Virus record (IMG/VR): IMGVR_UViG_3300009488_000022
Location: 1-54,529 of that record
Source of the DNA: a virus
Lineage: Duplodnaviria > Caudoviricetes
Strand: one strand, 5' to 3'
DNA length: 54,529 nucleotides
The stretch's first letter is position 1. Each line of letters opens with the position of its first letter. Shown piece after piece: positions 29,996-37,410 of this stretch. The translations under genes were made by a program, and so were the position numbers. The notes beneath the pieces are model-generated. The model made no database searches. It saw only the letters and a program-made list of their open reading frames with translations, and had not been told where the DNA came from.

Positions 29996-30024
29996 ATTAT
30001 AGCAGGGTTCATACTAATTGTCAA
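29996..30024 (-). promoter_or_regulatory. Promoter of LAGLIDADG gene
   Basis: TTGACA-17-TATAAT. Confidence 0.8.
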
Positions 30025-30030
30025 CCCAGG

Positions 30031-31893
30031 TCACTTAACAAAGCAGAGAACATCCTCGTATTCTATAGCTAACTTGGGAAATTTCTGAAAGTGTATAAAG
30101 CGAAAGAAGGAAAAGCGCCTGATTATTCGCCTCTCCAACCCACCCTCTAGCGTATGCTGTGCCCCGTGTTCCTCCACTAGCCACGCCTTGTGGTGATGAA
30201 TCCACTTAAAGCCAACGGCCTCGCATAGATGCGCCCATTGCGTGCTGAATTCGACAATCTTTTTGTCCCGCACGAATCGTTTGCAGACAAAAATTGCGTG
30301 AGCACCGGGCGCTAGAACTTTATACACTTCCTCCAGAATCTCCCGCGACGCGGCCCAGAACGTGGAGCCGGTTTCGTTGCCCAGTTGACCATTAACATCA
30401 CTATAATTGCCAGTTGGAAATGACCGCTCAGTATAGCGTCGGTTATACTTTTTCTCTATCTGTTTGACGATCTTTAGGTTCGCAGTACCGCGTCCATCTT
30501 GTGCCAAGTTGCCCTCCCACGGCGGACTAGAGATCACCGCCGCCGCACCCGCCTCCAGCGCCTCAGCGTGGTCGCCGGGGGGCATTTGGGCTAATTGGCC
30601 CACGCTGTCTCCATATTCCTTAAGCCCATCATTCCCAGGTTGTCCTTTTCGGATAGCATACTTCTCGGCATTTGGATTCTCAATGGGCGTACTGCCAAGT
30701 TTCCAATCCCCGTAGGGCGGCGAGGAAATTGCACAGACGGGCCGCTCGCAAGCCTCCGCGTGGGAGCCTTCGGGCAGGGCGGCGAGTTGGCCGGGTGATG
30801 TTCCTTGCTTGTCCTGCGTGTATGCACGACTCATCATGTCAGCCACATCACCGCCTTGAAACGGTGTACGATTGCGCGTCTCGGCTGCGCCAAATGGTGG
30901 CGACGCCACAGCCATCACCGGCCTACTTTCCGGCACTGAGGATGCACTGCCACCTTCCCCCTGCGCATCACAGGGCGACTGTACGGCACTTTGGGGCGTT
31001 TTAGGTGTTACGGTATGCCCCTGCTGCCCCAGCGCCGCCTCGAAGCCGGTGTCGGGCAGGTTGCCGAGGTTGCCTGGAGTTTGGCCGTAGCCGCTTTCAT
31101 CTGCCATTTGCGCCGATGAGGGAGCCTTCTCATCCCTGCCAAATTCAGCACGTGCATGAGGTGGCCTGAAGCCTGCATCGGAAGCGGTAAAGGCAGTGTA
31201 TGGCGGACTTGAAACGCAGATCCGCGCCCGCTCCAGCACCGCCCCCAGCCGCCGCGAGTCGCCTTGCACTATGACGGCGGTGCCCGGCATTCCCTGCGCC
31301 TCCCACGTCTCTATGTTCCCATGATACCGGTGTACACCTGTGCACGGTATCTTGCCGTTGTTGCGCACGTAGGACGCCGTCGGCGCAGCAGCGTCAAACA
31401 GCGTCGCTTGGCACGTCTTGGCGAGTGCGCCCCACTTCGTGCCCGGTAGCGGTAGTGGCTTGATCTTCCGCTTCTCTGCTACTTTGAACTTCCGTTCCCC
31501 TGCTACTACTGCCGCTTTCATCAGGCACTCAGGACACCAGTGACGCCCGCCCTCGTAGCGCATCCTGTCCCAGCGGCCCTGGTAGCGTACCCAGTCGGCC
31601 TTCGTGATGCCAGTACAGTCGCAGCCCTGGCCCATATCAACAAAGCGTTGCTCCAATTCTACACCTCTAAAATGCAGGCCGTGGCGCATTGCCTCCAAGG
31701 CAAAGCCGCCGATTCCGGAGAAGCAATCCACCACGTAATCACCGGCCTTGACCCAGCCCTCCTCCAGCGCGTGCTCGTAGATGCGCACGGATAGACCGTA
31801 ACTGTTTTTTGCAGGATGGGCAAATGATGCGGGGCGTAGTCGGTTCTGGCCCCAGCCCTCGTGGTACAGTCCTGTCCAGTTATCTACCTGCAT
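30031..31893 (-). CDS. N4/N6 DNA methyltransferase with repeated SPP(Y/F/W) segments
   Basis: HPAK, VVDCFSGIGG (motif I), GDSRRL, SSPPY/ASPPF/SSPPY/SSPPW, YKVLAPG. Confidence 0.85.
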   Translation of the reverse strand: MQVDNWTGLYHEGWGQNRLRPASFAHPAKNSYGLSVRIYEHALEEGWVKAGDYVVDCFSGIGGFALEAMRHGLHFRGVELEQRFVDMGQGCDCTGITKADWVRYQGRWDRMRYEGGRHWCPECLMKAAVVAGERKFKVAEKRKIKPLPLPGTKWGALAKTCQATLFDAAAPTASYVRNNGKIPCTGVHRYHGNIETWEAQGMPGTAVIVQGDSRRLGAVLERARICVSSPPYTAFTASDAGFRPPHARAEFGRDEKAPSSAQMADESGYGQTPGNLGNLPDTGFEAALGQQGHTVTPKTPQSAVQSPCDAQGEGGSASSVPESRPVMAVASPPFGAAETRNRTPFQGGDVADMMSRAYTQDKQGTSPGQLAALPEGSHAEACERPVCAISSPPYGDWKLGSTPIENPNAEKYAIRKGQPGNDGLKEYGDSVGQLAQMPPGDHAEALEAGAAAVISSPPWEGNLAQDGRGTANLKIVKQIEKKYNRRYTERSFPTGNYSDVNGQLGNETGSTFWAASREILEEVYKVLAPGAHAIFVCKRFVRDKKIVEFSTQWAHLCEAVGFKWIHHHKAWLVEEHGAQHTLEGGLERRIIRRFSFFRFIHFQKFPKLAIEYEDVLCFVK

Positions 31894-31940
31894 CCCGCTC
31901 CTTTTTGTCCCCGATCTTGTCCACTATCTCTCCTTTGCGT

Positions 31941-32168
31941 CTACTCTGGCGGCCTTCCATACCACACATACTCAACCCTCGCCGCGTTTACCCGGTATGC
32001 CAGCCAGTCGCCCTTGTAGACTGCAAACCAGACTTGACCGTTCTCCAGATATGGCACAATTTGTGTTATGCCAATACTCCCTACGCCCCAGTAGGCAGTA
32101 TTTTCTCCTGGCGTAGAGATTTCCCTGATTGCCCTGGCATCGTTATTCATCGCTACCGGGTTTTTCAT
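31941..32168 (-). CDS. Hypothetical protein
   Basis: Strong AAAGGAGAG RBS. Confidence 0.6.
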   Translation of the reverse strand: MKNPVAMNNDARAIREISTPGENTAYWGVGSIGITQIVPYLENGQVWFAVYKGDWLAYRVNAARVEYVWYGRPPE

Positions 32169-32185
32169 CTATCTCTCCTTTGTCT

Positions 32186-32404
32186 CTATTCCATTGGGAA
32201 CAAATTGAATATAGTAAACGCTATAAACCCCATGCCACGCAGTACCATCATTCCATAACTCGTGCGATAAAGACACGCGTTTTTGACGCCGTCTAGTTCT
32301 GGCGTTTGCCTGAACGCAATATACCAGGACAGAATGCTACAGACTGCCGCTATGACTATTCTACCTATCAGATTTTGTATTTCGTGGGTTGTCACAATGT
32401 CCAT
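32186..32404 (-). CDS. Small membrane protein
   Basis: Two hydrophobic segments; same RBS block. Confidence 0.6.
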   Translation of the reverse strand: MDIVTTHEIQNLIGRIVIAAVCSILSWYIAFRQTPELDGVKNACLYRTSYGMMVLRGMGFIAFTIFNLFPME

Positions 32405-32433
32405 CTATCTCTCCTTTGTCTCTGCGCCGTCGG

Positions 32434-32775
32434 CTAGTAGCGCATCACCCGCGCGAACAGCCATAACCGTATTTGTATCTTGCTGTCACGCGGGTGCGGG
32501 TATACAACCGCATCACCAACGCGAATAACCCTTGACTTTTGACACATCGTCTCTAAATCTGCCGTGCTAAAGCGATCTGCTATAATATCGGCTCCCCAGT
32601 TTGCTTCAACCCAACTCTCTTTGCGCCCGAACACCTGATTAGTACCAGGCTCACACAGAAAGAAGTTTGCCAGTTGAGCAGACGGTCCGAATAGCTCGAG
32701 CAGGCCCTTGACAAACTTTTTAACCCTTGGTGTTGCTAGCTTCGCTGTTGGGGCCAGTGCTGTTGGAATAGTCAT
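32434..32775 (-). CDS. Hypothetical protein
   Basis: AAAGGAGAG RBS. Confidence 0.6.
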   Translation of the reverse strand: MTIPTALAPTAKLATPRVKKFVKGLLELFGPSAQLANFFLCEPGTNQVFGRKESWVEANWGADIIADRFSTADLETMCQKSRVIRVGDAVVYPHPRDSKIQIRLWLFARVMRY

Positions 32776-32816
32776 ATCTCTCCTTTCATCTATTGCCCGC
32801 GCCGCCGGCTACAGGC

Positions 32817-33122
32817 TCAGGGGCGGCGGGCTATTCCCACCAAGCGCCGCTCCTCGGCAACTTGTCTGCCGTGTACATTCTCAATAGTATTAAGACTATC
32901 TTCCCATCGCTCAGTACCATTCCCTTTTACTGCGCCCGTCGTCCATGGCCTCCAATCTTCCATCCCCGCCTGTACCTTGCGTTCTGCGTCTTTAATTCCA
33001 AGGTGAACACGACAAAGACTATAAACCTCAGGTTCTGTCATATCCATTGCAGTAAAGTCATCCACGATGTCAGAGAATCGCGCGAATTTTCCGTTGGGTT
33101 GCTTCACTATACGCCAAGCCAT
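32817..33122 (-). CDS. Hypothetical phage protein
   Basis: GGAGG RBS; IVKQPNGKFARFS..VD motif. Confidence 0.6.
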   Translation of the reverse strand: MAWRIVKQPNGKFARFSDIVDDFTAMDMTEPEVYSLCRVHLGIKDAERKVQAGMEDWRPWTTGAVKGNGTERWEDSLNTIENVHGRQVAEERRLVGIARRP

Positions 33123-33133
33123 AATAATTCCTC

Positions 33134-33697
33134 CTATGGGCTCAGGGGCGGCGGGTTTCCAGTTCCGCCCGTTCCGGCCTCTACCTGTTTCATCTTGAGG
33201 CTTGCCAATTCTAACACTTCTCTAGCCCGCGGTAACATCCGCACTTGCATCCGCTCGCGCTTCGCCAGTGCCTCGTAGGCTTGCACGAACCGCGCCCGGT
33301 CTGCTATGCGGTTCATGCTCATGCATAAGTCAAGCCAGCCGCCCACGCCGTCAACTGTACATTGTATTAGCGGATGGCTAAATTCTGGTAGTGAGGGCGG
33401 GCATGTATTACCGTGATCGCCGATGCGCTTGCATACTTCGGCCCAGGCGTCCCAGGCAGTTGGTACGCCGGACTCGCGGTCGAGCAGGTCAAAGGCGCAA
33501 CTCCGGATCTGGCCCACAGCGGGACACCAGGGCGAGTCCTCGGTGATCAGTTGCAGGATTGCCGCTTTGACCAGGTCGAGCGGAAGGTCACTCAATATCT
33601 GGTAGTACACCTCAATCGTCTCTGGCTCCAGCGTGAAACGCGGGTAGGCGTTATTTAGAAACTGCATCAATTTGCGAAACTCGGCAGGGCCTATCAT
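33134..33697 (-). CDS. Helicase loader/inhibitor (SPP1 G39P-like)
   Basis: AYP...YYQILSDLP..VKAA....CPAVGQIR; directly after replication initiator. Confidence 0.7.
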   Translation of the reverse strand: MIGPAEFRKLMQFLNNAYPRFTLEPETIEVYYQILSDLPLDLVKAAILQLITEDSPWCPAVGQIRSCAFDLLDRESGVPTAWDAWAEVCKRIGDHGNTCPPSLPEFSHPLIQCTVDGVGGWLDLCMSMNRIADRARFVQAYEALAKRERMQVRMLPRAREVLELASLKMKQVEAGTGGTGNPPPLSP

Positions 33698-34527
33698 GGC
33701 ATCCCTGCTTCTTGCCGGCGGGCTAACCATTCGTCAGGGGCGTTGGTAGTATTGCTCTTGGCTCGTTGTCCTTTCACTTCCGGTATCTCCCGCTTCTCAT
33801 AGTAGTCCAGCATATTCTTGGCGTTGTTGCGATTCCAGCCCAGGCCGACGTATGCAAATACGACCTGGCCCCAAAACTCTAGGTCGGCAGGCTTTTCGCC
33901 AACAGTCTCTGCAATCTTGGGAAACCACGCTTTGGGCGGATAGCAATGGGCATTTGCTCGGAATACCTTGACGGCCTCTGGGACAGGTGTCTTCGTTTTG
34001 GATGGTTGACGTTTGCGCTTTTTCTTGGGCGCAGGGGCGTTAGCCGCCGAAGGCGTCTTCTCTTTTGAGGAAGGGGATTTGGGGACGGGGACGGGGACGG
34101 GGACGGGGACGGGAGCAGCGTTAATAACAGTGTCAGTAACGGTGTTAGTAACGCCGTTACTTTTTTCATTCTCTTGTGCCCCCTCTAGTTCTGGCATTCG
34201 CTCTCCGCGCCACTTTGCTTGACGTTCTGCGCTTGCAGCTCGCCGCGCCTTTATTTGTGTGGCTGATGGATTATACTTTAGATAGTCGTGAATCTGATAA
34301 CCGCCATCTCTCCTCTCCCATAAGCCCACCTCAACTAATCGTTCTGCAACGGCTGACGAATTGTCAGATAATGACAGTCGGGATACTTGTGCCTCTGGTA
34401 TAAAGCCATTAGTCAATGAGCCGCCACACCAAGATAAGCCCAAGGCGAAAAGAGCTACACCATCGGAACCTACGGCTATTACTTTTGGATGGCAGTGAAA
34501 TTGATCATCAAGTTTGCTCCAAGGCAT
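33694..34527 (-). CDS. Phage replication initiator (RepA/O-like)
   Basis: MPWSKLDDQFHCHPKV, LVEVGLWE..GGYQIHDYLKYNPS; central low-complexity linker. Confidence 0.78.
   Translation of the reverse strand: MPWSKLDDQFHCHPKVIAVGSDGVALFALGLSWCGGSLTNGFIPEAQVSRLSLSDNSSAVAERLVEVGLWERRDGGYQIHDYLKYNPSATQIKARRAASAERQAKWRGERMPELEGAQENEKSNGVTNTVTDTVINAAPVPVPVPVPVPKSPSSKEKTPSAANAPAPKKKRKRQPSKTKTPVPEAVKVFRANAHCYPPKAWFPKIAETVGEKPADLEFWGQVVFAYVGLGWNRNNAKNMLDYYEKREIPEVKGQRAKSNTTNAPDEWLARRQEAGMP
34081..34160. repeat. GGGGAC x5 tandem repeat plus imperfect 12-bp TAAC-containing repeats; candidate replication origin
   Basis: ggggac x5, then gttaataacagt/gtcagtaacggt/gttagtaacgcc inside the initiator gene. Confidence 0.55.
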
Positions 34528-34541
34528 TTGAGCCTTCCTTG

Positions 34542-34790
34542 TCAAAGTGCTTTTGAGAAAATCGTGTTTTCGTGAATCTCTGCCCATACCGCTAGGCAAT
34601 GCGAGCACATCCTATCTGTCGCCGTCTCTTGTTTCCCGCAATCGCATTGATATTTATCATCGGCTACGGTAACGCCGTGATTCTCCTTGCCGCCAACTAC
34701 CGACCAAGTACCATCAAAGATTTTACGTGCTGTAAGAATACAGCGTGCACGATGGCGAGTTCTCTGGGTTCCATAGCAATCTTTACTCAT
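34542..34790 (-). CDS. SWIM zinc-finger protein
   Basis: CDC...CSHC; AAAGGAG RBS. Confidence 0.7.
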   Translation of the reverse strand: MSKDCYGTQRTRHRARCILTARKIFDGTWSVVGGKENHGVTVADDKYQCDCGKQETATDRMCSHCLAVWAEIHENTIFSKAL

Positions 34791-34940
34791 AGACTCCTTT
34801 CAAAACAAAAAACCGTTGTTTGGGATTATTCACAACCTCATAGCGTCCCCGACGTGTGGGAAGGCGATGAACAATCTCAAAAAACGGTAGTCTATCATAC
34901 GTCGTTTATATGCCCGCTACAGGCTTTTCCTTCACTCATA

Positions 34941-34969
34941 ATTATACCAAATTTCTCTCAACTTGTCAA
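34941..34969 (-). promoter_or_regulatory. Promoter of replication operon
   Basis: TTGACA-17-TATAAT with extended TG. Confidence 0.85.
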
Positions 34970-34973
34970 GAGC

Positions 34974-35014
34974 AAAAGTGGCGGGAACGGCCTCTATCCT
35001 AGGCCGCCCCCGCC
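34974..35014 (-). terminator. Intrinsic terminator
   Basis: GGCGGGGGCGGCCT-AGGATAG-AGGCCGTTCCCGCC followed by ACTTTT. Confidence 0.75.
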
Positions 35015-35037
35015 GTTTGCGGAGCCTGTGTGCCGTG

Positions 35038-35165
35038 GCGTGTCGGGGTCTCATTGCTTATTGCCCTATCCTTCCACTGGACTACCCGGCCACGTAGAGG
35101 CCGAGAGGGGATTTGAACCCCCGCCTGGGCTTTCAGGTAGAAACCGCAACGTTTCACTGACACGC
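35038..35165 (-). ncRNA. Circularly permuted tRNA-mimic RNA (YrlA/Y-RNA-like topology)
   Basis: GCCC-AGGC-[GGGGG TTCAAAT CCCCT]-[CTCGGCC TCTACGT GGCCGGG]-TA-[GTCC AGTGGAA GGAT]-A-GGGC at 35130-35063, carried on outer stems CGTTGC/GCAATG and GCGTGTC/GACACGC. Confidence 0.82.
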
Positions 35166-35228
35166 TCCTAAGTGAACCTGTTGGAGCAAGACGCTCAATC
35201 TATGCTGAGTGTGAAACTCACAACAAGG

Positions 35229-35966
35229 CTACTCCCGATGTATGAAGGCGAACAGTTTTTCGGCCACCGTGATGTTCACGGCGTCGATGTCGTTCGCCCG
35301 TTGCCGCGCCTGTTTCACGGCCCGCGCCAGGGTGTCAAGCCGCGCCAGCAGCCGCCGCTTGTCACGCGGGGTGAGCATGCCGGACTGGATGACGGTCGTC
35401 CACTCTCCCACCCGGACGTCTTCGTTGAAAACCTGGACTTGCGCCGGGTGTTCTGGCGTCGCCTCATAGGCTATGTGTGCCCGTGGCGTCTTTTTTGTCT
35501 TATAGGTCGTGCGCGGATTGGAGATGTAGCATTCCGACTGCTCGTCCCATTTCCACTGCTCGGCGGGATCGTTGGTCGGGATGGCCGCGTATATCTTGCG
35601 GATCTCGCCCAGCTTGCTCTCCAGGTTCAGCAGCGCGGGTGCGGGCAGGTTCTCGACGATGGTTTCCTCGCCGATGATGATGTCCGCTGCCGTTTCCCGG
35701 TTAGTCGTCTCTTTTTGGACGGCAGCGTCCATCCACTGGCTAAATGAGGATAACGCTTGGCTGAGTTCGGCGTTGACCGTCGAAGCCAATATCGTGATCT
35801 CATCGGCGAAATTCTCACCGCCTTCTTGTAGCGGCTGGTAGTTGCGGACCGAGCCGACGAGCTTACCCTTGCCGTCTGTGAACATGCTCAGAGTGCGGTG
35901 TAGGTCTCGCTGTGCTTGTCCTTTCAGGTCAGATTCAACTGCTAGCAATTCGTGTAACTTTCCCAT
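35229..35966 (-). CDS. Uncharacterised helical protein (recalled as DUF7873-like) co-transcribed with the tRNA-mimic RNA
   Basis: AAGGAGG RBS; KLHELLAVE, LLNLE.KL, KTKK.PR....EAT.EHPAQVQVF.EDV.VG.W, AVK.ARQRAN motifs. Confidence 0.75.
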   Translation of the reverse strand: MGKLHELLAVESDLKGQAQRDLHRTLSMFTDGKGKLVGSVRNYQPLQEGGENFADEITILASTVNAELSQALSSFSQWMDAAVQKETTNRETAADIIIGEETIVENLPAPALLNLESKLGEIRKIYAAIPTNDPAEQWKWDEQSECYISNPRTTYKTKKTPRAHIAYEATPEHPAQVQVFNEDVRVGEWTTVIQSGMLTPRDKRRLLARLDTLARAVKQARQRANDIDAVNITVAEKLFAFIHRE

Positions 35967-35991
35967 TTTGCCCTCCTTGGCTTACTATATT

Positions 35992-36020
35992 ATTATACTT
36001 TCCGAATTTGAATTTGTCAA
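35992..36020 (-). promoter_or_regulatory. Promoter of protein+ncRNA unit
   Basis: TTGACA-17-TATAAT. Confidence 0.85.
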
Positions 36021-36067
36021 CTCCCCACTTCCCCCGCCCCCGTCAACTCCCCGTTCTGCCGCTTCTG

Positions 36068-36325
36068 TCAACCCTGCAACGCATACAGCGGCATCCCGTT
36101 TTGCTGCCGCAAACTAACCACCAGTTGCGCGACGCGCCCGCTGGACACCTGGCCGCGCTGGTAGTCTGCGAACCTCCTCGTCACCGCGCTAGGCCGTTGC
36201 TTGCCTTCCTGGTCAATGAGCGGTTTATCATACTTCTCTATGATCTCGTCAAACAATGCAACGAGCGGTGTTTCGCGCGTCCACGCTGCGCCTGCTAGAA
36301 CCTCGCGTGCCTCATTTAGCGTCAT
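36068..36325 (-). CDS. Hypothetical protein
   Basis: AAGGAGAG RBS. Confidence 0.55.
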   Translation of the reverse strand: MTLNEAREVLAGAAWTRETPLVALFDEIIEKYDKPLIDQEGKQRPSAVTRRFADYQRGQVSSGRVAQLVVSLRQQNGMPLYALQG

Positions 36326-36517
36326 TTGTTCTCTCCTTTTCTGCTAGATGTTTTGTCAACTCCCCGTTCCCGCCGCCCGGCTCATGAAAGCCAGTACTTC
36401 GCCACCGCTGCCGCAATTCCTACCACCGCCACCAGCGCCGCCGCAAACCACAGCCACCCGCGCAGCGACGGGCTACTGGCTCGCACGAAGCAAAAGTGAT
36501 CCCACTTGCTGTCCCAT

Positions 36518-36820
36518 CTATTCGGCATCATTTGCCTCCTCATCCTGCGCCCGCTCTGTCTCAGCCGCCAGGCGCTCGGCTTCCTCTTCTTCTGCCAATA
36601 TTCTTTGCCGTTCCTCTTCTTCTTTGCGTTCGTCTATGTACCAGGTGATAATCACTGGTTGCCCGTCACGCTCAAATTCCTCTTTGTGCACGCCCTTATG
36701 TTCTGCTAGCAACCTGCAGCGCACCGTGCATAAATTGTCGTGATAATCATCAGCAAGAAGCAGCCAGGCGTTGCACTCACCTTCTACGTCTTTTGGTGAT
36801 CCCATATGCCAGTTACTCAC
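36518..36820 (-). CDS. Hypothetical protein
   Basis: Overlap with upstream ORF; acidic tail. Confidence 0.55.
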   Translation of the reverse strand: MSNWHMGSPKDVEGECNAWLLLADDYHDNLCTVRCRLLAEHKGVHKEEFERDGQPVIITWYIDERKEEEERQRILAEEEEAERLAAETERAQDEEANDAE

Positions 36821-37293
36821 GCTATTTCCTCCTCAAGTAATTGCTCCCCAATCAAATCCCAAATCCCGGCCCGCCGGCACCACCTCCGCACCCGCCTCAG
36901 CGCCGTATGCTCCACCTGCCGCACGCGCTCGCGGGTAGTGCCCATCGCCGCTGCCACATCCGTCAGCGTATGCCGTGGACCGTTCAGGCCAAGGCGCAAA
37001 TTCAACACCTGCGCTGAACGCGCGTTCAGCGCGGCAACAGCCTCTTCGAGTAGTGGGCGTACGTCGGCGGTGAGTACCAGGTTCTCCTTACCGAATAGAC
37101 TGCGCAAGAGCCGGGTATAGGCTTCCGTTTGCCAGTTCAGAAGGATAGGCGCTGTATAAGGCCCCGGCGCATTCAGCATGCGCCAGACTGCCAGCCGCGC
37201 GGCCTCGGAGCGGTTCAGGCCGTGCTCTTTGGCGTAGGCATCCAGCGCGGCCAGCAGTTCATCAGGTACCATGACGTGGAGGTGTTCTTTCAT
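36817..37293 (-). CDS. RHH(CopG)-like + sigma70 region 4 transcription regulator
   Basis: LHVMVPDELLAALDAYAKEHGLNRSEAAR; LRLGL...TLTDVAAAMGTTRERVRQVE..ALRRVR. Confidence 0.8.
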   Translation of the reverse strand: MKEHLHVMVPDELLAALDAYAKEHGLNRSEAARLAVWRMLNAPGPYTAPILLNWQTEAYTRLLRSLFGKENLVLTADVRPLLEEAVAALNARSAQVLNLRLGLNGPRHTLTDVAAAMGTTRERVRQVEHTALRRVRRWCRRAGIWDLIGEQLLEEEIA

Positions 37294-37410
37294 AGATTAT
37301 TCTCTATTTCCCCGGCGTTGTCGCTGGCGCGCCCCGACATTATCATGGCGGCGTATACTATGACAATCAGGACGGCAAGAATGAGAAGCGCGGTGGGGCA
37401 GCACAGTCGG

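Noticed and set aside
35063-35130. Ordinary tRNA gene, attP core or two-piece tmRNA
   Set aside because: Arm order is permuted with no anticodon loop or CCA. There is no G3.U70 pair and the D-stem is intact, unlike tmRNA. No integrase was recognised to use an attP.
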